Shown here one piece after another: positions 37,822 to 48,226 of a stretch of DNA of 64,000 nt. A model generated the notes under the pieces. It worked only from the letters and a program-made list of their open reading frames with translations, was not told the DNA's origin and made no database searches. Source of the DNA: an uncultured Alphaproteobacteria bacterium (GTDB lineage Bacteria; Pseudomonadota; Alphaproteobacteria; RF32; CAG-239); NCBI GenBank assembly GCA_944392235.1, contig CALXVZ010000006.1:22664-86663 (forward strand), in the 5' to 3' direction. Every line of letters starts with the position of its first letter. The stretch's first letter is position 1. Both the position numbers and the translations under genes were made by a program.

Positions 37822-39369
37822 TCAAGAGCGTTTAGATATCATCAAAACAAGTAATAAAAGCATCCCTATCAAGGACAATGGAATTACATCTCCAAAACGA
37901 TTATAGGGAGTATCAACACTCAAAACATGAGGCAATGCAACATCAGAAACACCCTTTTGATTTAATTCAATACGTCCATATATATTTCCGTTAGGAGCAA
38001 TAACCGCACTAATCCCCGTATTAGCACTTCTGACAACTGTAATCCCTTCTTCGACTGCTCTCATCTGAGCAGCAACAAGATGCTGATAAGGACCAGAACT
38101 AATCCCATACCATCCATCATTAGCCAAAACAAGTAAAATTTGCGGTTTTCGAGTAGGATTTACAACACCTTTAGGAAAAATAACTTCATAGCAAATAGCG
38201 CCCCCCATCAAAGGAAAATTCGGAATAGAAATATTTTTAAATTTCTCTCCTTTACCTAAATCACCAACAACATTAGCAACAGGTTCCATAAAATCAGGAA
38301 GATACTCACGCAAAGGCAAATATTCACCAAAAGGCACTAAGTGAGATTTATCATAATAATCCAAAATATACCCTTTTTTATTAATAGCATACATCGAATT
38401 ATAAGGAACAAATGAGCCATTTTCCATACCAATACGCATAACACCGGTAACTAAAATACCATCATTAGGAATTGCAGATAAAATCTGCTGCAAATGAGCT
38501 TCATCTCTATCTAAAAAGAAAGGTGTTGCCGTCTCGCCCCAAACGACCAATTGAACATTATCCAAAGACTTAGATTTTGTCAGATTAATATATTGCTGAA
38601 AATTCTGTTCTAATAAATTTTGATTCCATTTAAAAGTTTGAGGAATACTTGGTTGAACAAGACGAGCAATAATATTTCCCTTGGAAATATCTTTATAATT
38701 CAAAGAAAAGCCACCCAAAACACAAAGAGGCACTAAAATAAGCATCAATGTTTTAAGATGAAAAGAGCGAGAAAAAATTTCTTTAATTAGTAAAGCTACA
38801 CCTGATAATAATATCAGTAACAATAGCGATAATCCATACGTTCCGATATAAGCAGCCCCTTGAATAAGACGAACATCAAAGCTAAGAGCTGTTCCCAACA
38901 AATTCCAAGGAAAACCTGTAAAAATAAAACTCCTTATCCACTCAAAAACAACAAAGACGCTGCAAAAAGAAACAACTGAAGAATAAACTCTTTTTCCACT
39001 TAAGAACAATGCCGGCAAAGCCCAAAAAAGAGCAAAAAAAGCCCCCAAAGCAAAAAAGACAAACGGAACAAATACTACAAATTTTTGTTCATCAATTAAA
39101 AGAGCATTACAAATCCAAGCAAAACTCACCGCATAAAAAGAGAAACCAAACGCATAAGCAATCCAAAACAGTTTTTTCTTACTTTGTCTAATAGAGAAAA
39201 GCAAAACTAAAAAAGCAATAAGGGCACAATAAGCAATTTTATTTAACACGAAAGGAGGAAAGATAAAAGAAGCAACAGCCCCTAAAAAGAAAGCTGTTAC
39301 TCCCATAAAAAAGCTACTATGTCGGATAACTTTTCCAACAATATATTCTTTGATTTTTATAGCAATCAT
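37822..39369 (-). CDS. lnt: Apolipoprotein N-acyltransferase
   Basis: Membrane N-terminal domain plus a nitrilase-like domain with the E-K-C triad contexts VVWGETA, YDKSHLVPFGEY and GGAICYEVIFP. Confidence 0.85.
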   Translation of the reverse strand: MIAIKIKEYIVGKVIRHSSFFMGVTAFFLGAVASFIFPPFVLNKIAYCALIAFLVLLFSIRQSKKKLFWIAYAFGFSFYAVSFAWICNALLIDEQKFVVFVPFVFFALGAFFALFWALPALFLSGKRVYSSVVSFCSVFVVFEWIRSFIFTGFPWNLLGTALSFDVRLIQGAAYIGTYGLSLLLLILLSGVALLIKEIFSRSFHLKTLMLILVPLCVLGGFSLNYKDISKGNIIARLVQPSIPQTFKWNQNLLEQNFQQYINLTKSKSLDNVQLVVWGETATPFFLDRDEAHLQQILSAIPNDGILVTGVMRIGMENGSFVPYNSMYAINKKGYILDYYDKSHLVPFGEYLPLREYLPDFMEPVANVVGDLGKGEKFKNISIPNFPLMGGAICYEVIFPKGVVNPTRKPQILLVLANDGWYGISSGPYQHLVAAQMRAVEEGITVVRSANTGISAVIAPNGNIYGRIELNQKGVSDVALPHVLSVDTPYNRFGDVIPLSLIGMLLLLVLMISKRS

Positions 39370-39372
39370 CTA

Positions 39373-39954
39373 TTAATCTTCCTCATCAGCATAAGGATTA
39401 TCAATCGAAAATTGCTCTAAAATTTCCACTTCAAGTGCTTCCATTTCTTCAGCCTCATCATCAGTTTGATGATCGAATCCCAGAATATGTAAAAATCCAT
39501 GAATCAACAAATGACAAAAATGAGCATACACTGTGATATGTTTTTCATTAGCTTCACGTTGCAAAGTTTCAAAAGCAAGAATAATATCACCTAAATCCAA
39601 TCTTTCAGATTTATCTAACATCTCCCAAAACTCATCATCATCTACATTAGCAAAAGAAAGCACATTAGTAGGTTTATCCATACCACGAAATTCTTTATTC
39701 AAGCGATGGACTTCTTCATCATTACTCAGAGCAACATTAAGATCATATGTTTTACTGAGTTCCAATAAATCAATATCAGCAACATCCGAAACATATGCAA
39801 AAGCCACATCTTTAAGTTCTTCTGCAACTTTTACAGCGTCAAAATCAACCATCTCAGTCCATAGAGGATTATCAACTGAGACATTTAAAACAATTTTACT
39901 CTTCATCACGTTCTCTCTTATTTTTTTCCTCATAAGCTTTAACGATTTTAGCAA
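39373..39954 (-). CDS. ybeY: rRNA maturation endoribonuclease YbeY
   Basis: Metal motif HLLIHGFLHILGFDH. Probable start at the internal MKSKIVLNV. Confidence 0.85.
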   Translation of the reverse strand: MLKSLKLMRKKIRENVMKSKIVLNVSVDNPLWTEMVDFDAVKVAEELKDVAFAYVSDVADIDLLELSKTYDLNVALSNDEEVHRLNKEFRGMDKPTNVLSFANVDDDEFWEMLDKSERLDLGDIILAFETLQREANEKHITVYAHFCHLLIHGFLHILGFDHQTDDEAEEMEALEVEILEQFSIDNPYADEED

Positions 39955-40861
39955 CTAATCCATGTCGAACTACATCATTAGCCGAAAATGTAACAGAGCT
40001 AATATTGCTAACACCTTTAAGAGTATCTAAAGCATCTCTCAAACCAGAAATTACCCCTCTTGGTAAATCGACTTGACTAAGATCCCCATTAACCACCATA
40101 CGAGAATTTTCACCCAAACGTGTCAAGAACATTTTCATTTGCATTGGCGTTGTATTTTGAGCCTCATCCAAAATAACAAATGCATTAGAAAGAGTACGCC
40201 CACGCATAAAAGCCAACGGTGCGATTTCGATTTCGCCCAAAGCTAATTTTTTATCCACTTGTTCAGCTGGTAACATCTCATAAAGAGCATCATATAAAGG
40301 ACGAAGATAAGGGTCAACTTTCTCTTTCAAATCACCCGGTAAAAAACCTAAATTTTCACCAGCTTCAACAGCAGGACGAGATAAAATAATTTTATCAACA
40401 GCCCCTTCAATCATCATAGAAACAGCCAAAGCGACCGCCAAATATGTTTTACCGGTACCTGCAGGTCCCAAACCAAATACCAGCTCATTTTTCATCATTT
40501 CGGTAATATACTTAGCTTGAGTTGCAGAACGAGGATAGATATACCTTTTCTTCGTTTTCAGAACAATTTCGCTCAAGGATTGTTTTTCATCATGAGTTTC
40601 AGCCCCACCGCAAATACGCACAGCTGCTTTAACTTCTTGTTCACCAATAACATGACCTTTGCTAGCTTTTTCATACAAGATATCAATAGCCGTTTTAGCA
40701 TTATCAACATCAGTTGCAGCACCTTTAATAGTTATTTGGTTACCAAAGCTTAAAATTTCGACATCAAGCATACGCTCAATTAAACGAATATTTTCATCAT
40801 TAACACCAACTACCACTTTGAGCAATTGATTATTAAAGAGTTCAAAACTTAATTCAGCCAT
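39896..40861 (-). CDS. phoH: PhoH-family ATPase
   Basis: Walker A GPAGTGKTYLAVA and VILDEAQN. Confidence 0.85.
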   Translation of the reverse strand: MAELSFELFNNQLLKVVVGVNDENIRLIERMLDVEILSFGNQITIKGAATDVDNAKTAIDILYEKASKGHVIGEQEVKAAVRICGGAETHDEKQSLSEIVLKTKKRYIYPRSATQAKYITEMMKNELVFGLGPAGTGKTYLAVALAVSMMIEGAVDKIILSRPAVEAGENLGFLPGDLKEKVDPYLRPLYDALYEMLPAEQVDKKLALGEIEIAPLAFMRGRTLSNAFVILDEAQNTTPMQMKMFLTRLGENSRMVVNGDLSQVDLPRGVISGLRDALDTLKGVSNISSVTFSANDVVRHGLVAKIVKAYEEKNKRERDEE

Positions 40862-40862
40862 G

Positions 40863-42194
40863 TCAAATTACCTCCCCGCTTAAAGAGTTAGTTGAAGCAT
40901 CAGTCACACGCACTTCAACAATTTTATTGAGAAAAGAATTATCTACCTCAGCATGCAAATTTTGCATATAAGGTGTTCTTCCAACCAATTGTCCTTTATG
41001 TCTACCTTTATTTTCAAATAAAACCGGCATCACCTTCCCTATGCTATCCAAATTAAATTTAGTTTGATAAGAGAACAACAAGTCTTGTAAGATTTGCAAT
41101 CTATCTTTTTTAACTTTTTCATCAATTTGCCCATCCATAACCGCAGCAGGAGTTCCCGGACGTCGACTATATTTAAAGGAAAAAGCTTGAATATATTTAA
41201 CTCGATTAACAACATCCAAAGTCTGCTGAAAATCTTCATCAGTTTCCCCTGGAAAGCCGACAATAAAGTCTGAAGACATCCCGATATTAGGATTCGCCTC
41301 TTTTAATTTCTCAACAACTCGTAAATAATCATCACGAGTATGTCTTCTATTCATTTTTTTAAGAATAGCATCAGAACCGGACTGAATAGGCAAATGTAAA
41401 TAAGGCATCAATTTTACAATATTTTTATGACATTGTATCAAATCATCATCAACATCAGCCGGATAAGAAGTGGTATATCGAATACGTTGCAATCCATCAA
41501 TTTCAGCAATTTTATTTAAGAGGTAAGCCAAATTTCTCTCTTTACCGGAAGCATCTTCACCATGGTATGAGTTAACATTTTGTCCTAAAAGATTAAGTTC
41601 CAAACTTCCTGTTTGAACCAAGCGTTTAGCTTCATTTAAGACATCTTCAACAGGTCTTGACACTTCCACTCCACGAGTATATGGAACAACGCAATATGTG
41701 CAAAAATTATTACATCCCTCTTGAATAGCCAAATAAGAGCAACCGCTTTCCGATTTATTTTCGGGCAAGAAATCAAATTTAGAAACAGCTGAAAATTGTG
41801 TATCAAGCAACTGTTTTTCTCTCTCATTAAAAATAGCCTCAACAACTTCTTTCAAACGAAAATATCTCAATGGCCCCAAAGCAAAATCGACATAAGGAGC
41901 ACGTTTTAAAATTTCCTTATCTTCAGCCTGCACAACACAACCGGTAACCCCGATTATAGTATCCTTACCATTTTCCAATCTTTCTTGTTTAATAAGATAA
42001 GCGCGTCCCAAATCAGAAAAGACTTTTTCAGCAGCTTTTTCACGAATATGACAAGTATTAAAGATAACGACATCAGCGTCGCGTTGATTCTGAGTTTTAA
42101 CCAAGCCCATATTTTCGAGCATAACAGCCATACGATTAGAATCATAGACATTCATCTGGCAACCAAAAGTTTTAATAAAATATTTTTTTGACAT
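40863..42194 (-). CDS. miaB: tRNA-i6A37 methylthiotransferase MiaB
   Basis: N-terminus KTFGCQMNVYDS, radical-SAM CNNFCTYCVVP, and a C-terminal TRAM-like domain. Confidence 0.9.
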   Translation of the reverse strand: MSKKYFIKTFGCQMNVYDSNRMAVMLENMGLVKTQNQRDADVVIFNTCHIREKAAEKVFSDLGRAYLIKQERLENGKDTIIGVTGCVVQAEDKEILKRAPYVDFALGPLRYFRLKEVVEAIFNEREKQLLDTQFSAVSKFDFLPENKSESGCSYLAIQEGCNNFCTYCVVPYTRGVEVSRPVEDVLNEAKRLVQTGSLELNLLGQNVNSYHGEDASGKERNLAYLLNKIAEIDGLQRIRYTTSYPADVDDDLIQCHKNIVKLMPYLHLPIQSGSDAILKKMNRRHTRDDYLRVVEKLKEANPNIGMSSDFIVGFPGETDEDFQQTLDVVNRVKYIQAFSFKYSRRPGTPAAVMDGQIDEKVKKDRLQILQDLLFSYQTKFNLDSIGKVMPVLFENKGRHKGQLVGRTPYMQNLHAEVDNSFLNKIVEVRVTDASTNSLSGEVI

Positions 42195-42365
42195 ATTTTT
42201 GATACATAACCCTAAAACACATTATTTAATAAAAAAGATTATACCAGCAAACTTTATTTTTTTCAAATAAAATCTGCAAGAGATTACCTATTTTAGCAAG
42301 AAGTATTTTTTTGTTGCAAGATAAGAGATTTTCTGGCAGAATAACAATATAGGAGAAGAAGAAAA

Positions 42366-42815
42366 ATGTCATATAGCGATATAAAAAAGAATAGCATATT
42401 TAATAGTGCAACTCCTGAAGAAAAGGAAGTGTTTCTATCAACTTTATGCACGCTAGCTCAAATAGACAGCAAGATAAAGCCGGAAGAAATGTCTTTCATT
42501 GAAACAATAGCAAACGAAATGAAGGTTCCACTAAAATCACATTTTTTCAGATACTCTCAAGAAGTTTGCATCAAAAAAGCAGAACAAATAAACAATCGCA
42601 GATTAGGCCTTGAATTGATAAAGGATTTACTGGCCATTGCATATACAGATGACAACTTTTCCGATTCTGAAGGACATTTTATCTGTAAGATTGGAGATGC
42701 GCTTAAAATAGAAGCCCAAAAGATAGGCGAAATAAGTTCTTGGTTAATTGATCACATTATCTGGCTCGAACAAGAGCAGTTAATATTTGAAACAGCCGAT
42801 ATCAAAGGAGAATAA
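42366..42815 (+). CDS. TerB-like (tellurite-resistance TerB fold) protein
   Basis: Two half-repeats of the TerB pattern (LCTLAQIDSKIKPEEMSFIETIANEM and LLAIAYTDDNFSDSEGHFICKIGDAL). Confidence 0.5.
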   Translation: MSYSDIKKNSIFNSATPEEKEVFLSTLCTLAQIDSKIKPEEMSFIETIANEMKVPLKSHFFRYSQEVCIKKAEQINNRRLGLELIKDLLAIAYTDDNFSDSEGHFICKIGDALKIEAQKIGEISSWLIDHIIWLEQEQLIFETADIKGE

Positions 42816-42817
42816 AC

Positions 42818-43735
42818 ATGATGTCCACTGAATATAGTTTACCAGAAAAAGAAAATACTCATAAAGATACAAACTATTACCTAGTTATACAAAAATACCT
42901 AAAAAAGCAGTATCCGACCATAGAAAAACAAGAAGCACACACCTTAAGTCGAGAAATTGTATTTGCACCTCAAAATTATGAAACAGAAATAAAAGGAACA
43001 CCTAAATCAATTTCATCATTACGAGAAAATCTTGCAGAATTTATTGAAAGAGATAACGCCCGCAATGATTTCGTTCCATACTCATTGGATTCTGCCATAG
43101 CCGACTTAATCGAAAAGAGCAATTGTGAAACAACCACAATGAATGAATATTATCGCTGGATAACTGTCACCACGGAAATACTAAATCACATGAATGACGG
43201 AGAAGTTACCCATGATGACCTAGAAGAACGTAACCAGTTCATTCATATGAGTTATGACCGAGAATCAGAAATTTTATTATGTCTAGCATTATATGAAAGC
43301 GCAGGAAAAAGTGCAGACAAAGAAAAAATAGAAAAATTAAAATTCAAGTTAGCCCGTTTACGAGAAATGCGTAGTATAATTCGCAATACATCCCACCTTG
43401 TTAACACAAAAAATTACGAAGCAAAGGAAAAAATACAGCAATATTATCAATATTGCGCAAATTTAATGTCAGAAAAAAACATTTCAGCCACAAATTTTAA
43501 CTTGAAATTAAATTTAAATATCAATCATAGTAACGACGAAGATTTAGATGAGAATTATTCATATATAGACTATTTACGTCAAACTATATTAGAAATGATG
43601 CATAGGCTTGAGAAATCCTCTGAAGAAAATCAACGTCCGCAAAATATTGATGAAGACATCAATACTACAGCAATTGATAAAGAACAAGAAATAAACCCAT
43701 ATACAACCAGCGCATATGAAAGAGAAAGTCGCTAA
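42818..43735 (+). CDS. Hypothetical protein, translationally coupled to the TerB-like gene
   Basis: Starts 2 nt after the upstream stop. 305 aa, E/N/K-rich. No domain recognised. Confidence 0.45.
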   Translation: MMSTEYSLPEKENTHKDTNYYLVIQKYLKKQYPTIEKQEAHTLSREIVFAPQNYETEIKGTPKSISSLRENLAEFIERDNARNDFVPYSLDSAIADLIEKSNCETTTMNEYYRWITVTTEILNHMNDGEVTHDDLEERNQFIHMSYDRESEILLCLALYESAGKSADKEKIEKLKFKLARLREMRSIIRNTSHLVNTKNYEAKEKIQQYYQYCANLMSEKNISATNFNLKLNLNINHSNDEDLDENYSYIDYLRQTILEMMHRLEKSSEENQRPQNIDEDINTTAIDKEQEINPYTTSAYERESR

Positions 43736-43759
43736 ATTATAAACAAAGGAGATAAAAAG

Positions 43760-44074
43760 ATGGAAATTATGCTAGAATCCCTACTTTGGTGCATAGAAGG
43801 GGTATTGGAGTTATACTTCATATTAGCAGTAGTAAATATTGCCCTATATTGGTGTATGCATTATAATGTAATAGGCCAAGGAGGACCAACCTTTAAAAAA
43901 TTCCTTGCATTTTTGCATCAAATAACAGAACCTGTTTATGCAAAATTACGAGAAAAAATTAAACCAATATCAGGCTTTGATATTTCACCATATGTCCTAA
44001 TTTTAGCATTAATGTTTGTAATACACATCTTAGAAAAAACCCGCCAAGTATTAACACCTATTAGCGGCTCATAA
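43760..44074 (+). CDS. yggT: YggT-family membrane protein
   Basis: LHQITEPVYAKLREKIKPISGFDISPYVLILALMF fits the YggT pattern (TeP...P.R..iP...g.D.SP). Confidence 0.6.
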   Translation: MEIMLESLLWCIEGVLELYFILAVVNIALYWCMHYNVIGQGGPTFKKFLAFLHQITEPVYAKLREKIKPISGFDISPYVLILALMFVIHILEKTRQVLTPISGS

Positions 44075-44080
44075 AGAAGT

Positions 44081-44440
44081 ATGTATTACACCAAAACAGA
44101 AAAAGGATACATTATAAGAGTTCGGGTAACACCGAACTCTTCTAGAAATAATATCTCAGGAATATTCACGGATAATAATTCCACATCATATTTAAAAATC
44201 AACATACAAGTAGCACCAGAAAAAGGCAAAGCGAATCAAGAATTAATCAAATATTTGAGCAAATTATTACACATAAACAAGAGTTATATTGAATTATTGA
44301 GTGGAGAAACTGAGCGCTATAAAAAACTCCTAATAAAAGAGCCACACAATCAAAGTTTAGAAGATATATTAAACGAATTGGAACAGAAACATGACAGCCA
44401 CGATATTAAACGGAAAGAAACTAGCACAAGCGATTCGTGA
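44081..44440 (+). CDS. yggU: DUF167 (YggU-like) protein
   Basis: IRVRVTPNSSRN...LKINIQVAPEKGKANQELIKYLSKLL. Overlaps the folD start by 50 nt. Confidence 0.65.
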   Translation: MYYTKTEKGYIIRVRVTPNSSRNNISGIFTDNNSTSYLKINIQVAPEKGKANQELIKYLSKLLHINKSYIELLSGETERYKKLLIKEPHNQSLEDILNELEQKHDSHDIKRKETSTSDS

Positions 44441-45236
44441 AAAATTAAAATTAGAAATATCAAAACAAAATATTACTCCACAGTTAGCTGTAGTAATTAT
44501 AGGAAATGACGCAGCCAGCAGCATCTATGTTCATTCCAAAGAAAAAGCATGTCTTGAAGTTGGAATAAAAGCCACCACCTATCACTTAGAAACAACAATT
44601 ACGACACAAGATTTAATAAATCTCATAACAAAATTAAACAACGATACTAATGTCAATGGAATATTAGTTCAATTACCTCTCCCCGCCCACTTAAACACTC
44701 AAGAAATTTTATCTCAAATAGACCCCCAAAAAGATGTTGACGGTTTTACCGCATTAAATGTAGGTTTAACGTTACAAAAGCACCCTCAAGCATTCATTCC
44801 ATGCACACCTAAAGGAATACTAAGACTAATTAAAGAAGTGCACTCTGATTTAAATGGATTAAATGCCGTTGTAGTAGGACGTTCTCAGATAGTAGGTATA
44901 CCGACAGCCCACTTACTACTAAACAGCAATTGCACTGTTACAATAGCTCACTCAAAAACAAAAGATTTAGCAAATATCTGCCAAAAAGCAGATATACTCA
45001 TTGCCTCCGTTGGAAAAGCAAATTTCTTCAGTAAAGAATATATAAAAGAAGGAGCTACCGTCATAGATGTCGGAATAAATAGAACCGAAAACGGAATAAC
45101 AGGAGACGTAAAATACGAAGAAGTCATAGAAAAAGCAGGATACATAACCCCTGTTCCCGGAGGAGTCGGTCCAATGACAATAGCCATGTTACTAGAAAAT
45201 ACATATGAAGCCTATTTAAAACAAAAACAGCTCTAA
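44391..45236 (+). CDS. folD: Bifunctional methylenetetrahydrofolate dehydrogenase/cyclohydrolase
   Basis: ILNGKKLA, SKEKACLEVGI, GILVQLPLP, VVGRSQIVG and PVPGGVGPMTIAMLL. Confidence 0.9.
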   Translation: MTATILNGKKLAQAIREKLKLEISKQNITPQLAVVIIGNDAASSIYVHSKEKACLEVGIKATTYHLETTITTQDLINLITKLNNDTNVNGILVQLPLPAHLNTQEILSQIDPQKDVDGFTALNVGLTLQKHPQAFIPCTPKGILRLIKEVHSDLNGLNAVVVGRSQIVGIPTAHLLLNSNCTVTIAHSKTKDLANICQKADILIASVGKANFFSKEYIKEGATVIDVGINRTENGITGDVKYEEVIEKAGYITPVPGGVGPMTIAMLLENTYEAYLKQKQL

Positions 45237-45296
45237 AAAAACTCACATAGTCGCATTATATTAGAATAACTTAAACCGTAAAAAAGGAGAAATATA

Positions 45297-45917
45297 ATGC
45301 GTTACGCTGGAAATATCTTTTTATACAATAATAACAATATAAATAAAACCATCTACCATGAGAACCTAGAAAAATTAGGATACTATCTCTTTGACACAGA
45401 CAATTTATACAAATTTACGCTATATAACAAAGAAATAACCCCCAATATTATACTATTTGACTTTGCTCCAAACACATCTGCAAACTTCATCACATCACTA
45501 GAAGAAAGATTTGAACGCTCAGACACCCCCATAATTATCGTGAGTGAAGAACCTAAATCCTTAATTTACCACCCCTCAGTCAGTCATTACATAACCCATA
45601 ATGAAGCACAAAAAGGACTCAATGAAATCATAGAAACATACTGCATTGGAAATAAAAATCACCAAATACTCTATATAAATTTAAAACCACATGAAAAATC
45701 AGATTTTTCCAAATCTATACAAAACAGCAAATATAGCACTTTTGAAGTTCATACAATTAATGCCGCACAAACATACTTGCAAAAAAACACCCCTACAATT
45801 ATTTGCATAAACTTCTTACCTGCATTAAGTAAATCTAAAAAAATTTTCTCATTTTCCAACACTTTTTATGTGGAAAACACGCAAAATATTAAGGAATTTG
45901 AACAATTTTTACATTAA
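45297..45917 (+). CDS. Hypothetical protein (possibly a degenerate receiver-like fold)
   Basis: Alternating beta/alpha-like pattern NIFLYNNN...PNIILFDFAP...TPIIIVSEE. It lacks the N-terminal acidic pair of true receiver domains. Weak call. Confidence 0.4.
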   Translation: MRYAGNIFLYNNNNINKTIYHENLEKLGYYLFDTDNLYKFTLYNKEITPNIILFDFAPNTSANFITSLEERFERSDTPIIIVSEEPKSLIYHPSVSHYITHNEAQKGLNEIIETYCIGNKNHQILYINLKPHEKSDFSKSIQNSKYSTFEVHTINAAQTYLQKNTPTIICINFLPALSKSKKIFSFSNTFYVENTQNIKEFEQFLH

Positions 45918-45958
45918 AAATAGAAGCCATCTGATAACTTATATAAAGAAGAGGCACT

Positions 45959-46552
45959 ATGTCATTTAAGAATTTAACACGTAGCATTTATGACCATACA
46001 TTAAATTTAGCTGCCAAACAAAATGCATTAACATGGCTATTTATCATTTCATTCATTGAAAGCTCATTTTTTCCAATTCCACCGGATATCATGATCATAC
46101 CAATGGTATTAGCCACTCCAAAAGATGCTTACAGAATTGCGGGCATCGCAACAATAGCCAGTGTCCTCGGAGGATATTTCGGATATTTCATCGGAGTATA
46201 TGGATTTGAATTAATAGCACGTCCTTTATTAGAATTTTATGGATATATGGCGCAATTTTCAAAATTTGAAAATTATTATCACGAATACGGTGCATGGATA
46301 GTTTTTGGAGCAGGAATAACTCCGTTTCCTTACAAAATAATTACTATTGCCAGCGGTGTAGTTCAATTAGATTTATTAGTATTCACTATAGCATCAATTA
46401 TAGCAAGAGGAATGAGATTTTACTTGATAGCTTGGTTATTAAAACGCTTTGGCGACCCAATGAAAGTATTTATAGAAAAGAACTTAAACCTACTTTCTGT
46501 TATCTTTTTACTATTGTTAATTGGAGGCTTTGCTGCCGTAAAATTACTATAA
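45959..46552 (+). CDS. DedA/YqaA-family membrane protein
   Basis: FIISFIESSFFPIPPDIMIIPM and GITPFPYKIITIASG. Confidence 0.7.
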   Translation: MSFKNLTRSIYDHTLNLAAKQNALTWLFIISFIESSFFPIPPDIMIIPMVLATPKDAYRIAGIATIASVLGGYFGYFIGVYGFELIARPLLEFYGYMAQFSKFENYYHEYGAWIVFGAGITPFPYKIITIASGVVQLDLLVFTIASIIARGMRFYLIAWLLKRFGDPMKVFIEKNLNLLSVIFLLLLIGGFAAVKLL

Positions 46553-46573
46553 ATTCAGAAATAGAAACACAAA

Positions 46574-46603
46574 AAATCCTGCAATAAAATGCAGGATTTT
46601 TTT
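46574..46603 (+). terminator. Intrinsic terminator
   Basis: Stem aaatcctgca/tgcaggattt with a 6-nt loop, followed by a T-run. Confidence 0.75.
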
Positions 46604-46684
46604 ACTCAATAATAAATATAATAAGCATAATAAAAGAAAATCTCACTAATCAGTTCATAAATAAACAAATACAATAACAGATAC

Positions 46685-46708
46685 AAAAAAGCAGAGAAAA
46701 ATCTCTGC
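46685..46708 (-). terminator. Intrinsic terminator for the NMO-like gene
   Basis: Minus-strand stem gcagaga/tctctgc with a 4-nt loop, followed by a run of six U. Confidence 0.7.
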
Positions 46709-46726
46709 TTCACTAAATCAAATAAA

Positions 46727-48118
46727 CTAACGTCCAGCCTTAATAGCCTCTATTAATTCATGAGTAGTTGGAACATGTTCGTTAGCATAAAGGGGATCCT
46801 GACCAAAACGATAAACCTGATGTCCTGCAAAAAGCAAATTATCATCTGTCTTACCATTATGACTAATATCAAACAATGTTTTATGAATACAATACGTTCT
46901 AGGATCACATAATTTACCTGTAGTACCATTTGCCCCTGACCATGCAGAGAATTGGCATTGAGATAAGCATCCCAAACATTTAGCTCTATCGTCTTTCATT
47001 ATCGTCCACTCTTGAGGTGTCAAGAAAACAACAGTAGCATCAGGAGTTTCTTGAATAACTGTAAACCCTGCTTTAATTTGATTATCTGCTTTAGCAAGAT
47101 CTTCCGATTTAATAAATACTGTTTTAACATTACTTAGAGACAAAGGAGTATCAAAATCTTCATCAGCTTCAAGTTTATAAGCAATTTCCCCCTCTTTACG
47201 TTCAATCAAGCGAGTTAAAAACTTATTTTTAATAGCGGAAGAATAAAATCCGGTCGGACTAAAACGTTGCAAAACAACATCACCAGGTTTAGTATGAAGC
47301 ATAACATGTTTCCAAGCATCACTAACAGGGCTTTCAGTTGTAATCATAGGTCTCGTTCCAAATTGGAAAGCAACTTTTCCAATTTCAGGATTATCAAGAT
47401 AATCAGTCCAATCGCTAAGAGACCAAACCCCACCCGCAATAATAATCGGAGTTTCAGCCAATCCCAATTTCACCAAAGTTGCTCTTAATTCTTTAATACG
47501 ATTATAAGGGTTCTGAGGTTCATTAGGATTTTCTGCATTTGATAAACCATTATGTCCACCTGCCAACCAAGGATCTTCATAAACAACACCACCTAAAAAG
47601 TCGCTATAATTTACATAGGCACGTTTCCACAAGATTTGGAAAGCTCTAGCAGAAGAAACAATAGGATAGTAATAAACACCCTGAGCAGAGGCAATTTCAC
47701 CTAATTTATAAGGTAAACCAGCCCCACAAGTAACACCATGAATAAGCCCTTTAGCACCTTTTAATACTTCAGTAATAACGGTTTCAGAATCAGCTAATTC
47801 CCATAATTCATTAACATGAATACGCCCATTACCACCTGCAATTTCATGAGCAATTTGAGCCTGAGCGATTCCGCCTTTGATAGCACCAGCAATTAGGTCC
47901 TCATGACGTTCCAATCTCTTCAAACGATGAGAACGCTCTAAAACAGGTTTACCATTTTCATCATAGTAATCAGGACTAACCAAAGAGATTGTGCCCACAC
48001 AATTTTCCTTAGCAAAAGCACCGCTACTACGCCCATCTGTTCCGTTAATACCTTTTCCGCCTTCAATAATCGGACAAACTTCTTTACCGGAAATAACAAT
48101 ATTCTTCAAATTAATCAC
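46727..48118 (-). CDS. Flavin oxidoreductase of the nitronate monooxygenase / FabK-like family (long form with a C-terminal Cys cluster)
   Basis: TIM-barrel NMO-like motifs (PIIEGGKGINGT, VTCGAGLP, PIIIAGGVW). C-terminal CLGCLSQC...C...C. Confidence 0.6.
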   Translation of the reverse strand: MINLKNIVISGKEVCPIIEGGKGINGTDGRSSGAFAKENCVGTISLVSPDYYDENGKPVLERSHRLKRLERHEDLIAGAIKGGIAQAQIAHEIAGGNGRIHVNELWELADSETVITEVLKGAKGLIHGVTCGAGLPYKLGEIASAQGVYYYPIVSSARAFQILWKRAYVNYSDFLGGVVYEDPWLAGGHNGLSNAENPNEPQNPYNRIKELRATLVKLGLAETPIIIAGGVWSLSDWTDYLDNPEIGKVAFQFGTRPMITTESPVSDAWKHVMLHTKPGDVVLQRFSPTGFYSSAIKNKFLTRLIERKEGEIAYKLEADEDFDTPLSLSNVKTVFIKSEDLAKADNQIKAGFTVIQETPDATVVFLTPQEWTIMKDDRAKCLGCLSQCQFSAWSGANGTTGKLCDPRTYCIHKTLFDISHNGKTDDNLLFAGHQVYRFGQDPLYANEHVPTTHELIEAIKAGR

Positions 48119-48226
48119 AAATTTTTCCTTAAATTATCAAAAACCAATACATAATTTATAACAACTATTTTTAAAATGAAAAGTAGGCACTTAAAAGGGT
48201 GTTAGTATCTCTAAAGAAACTGACAT

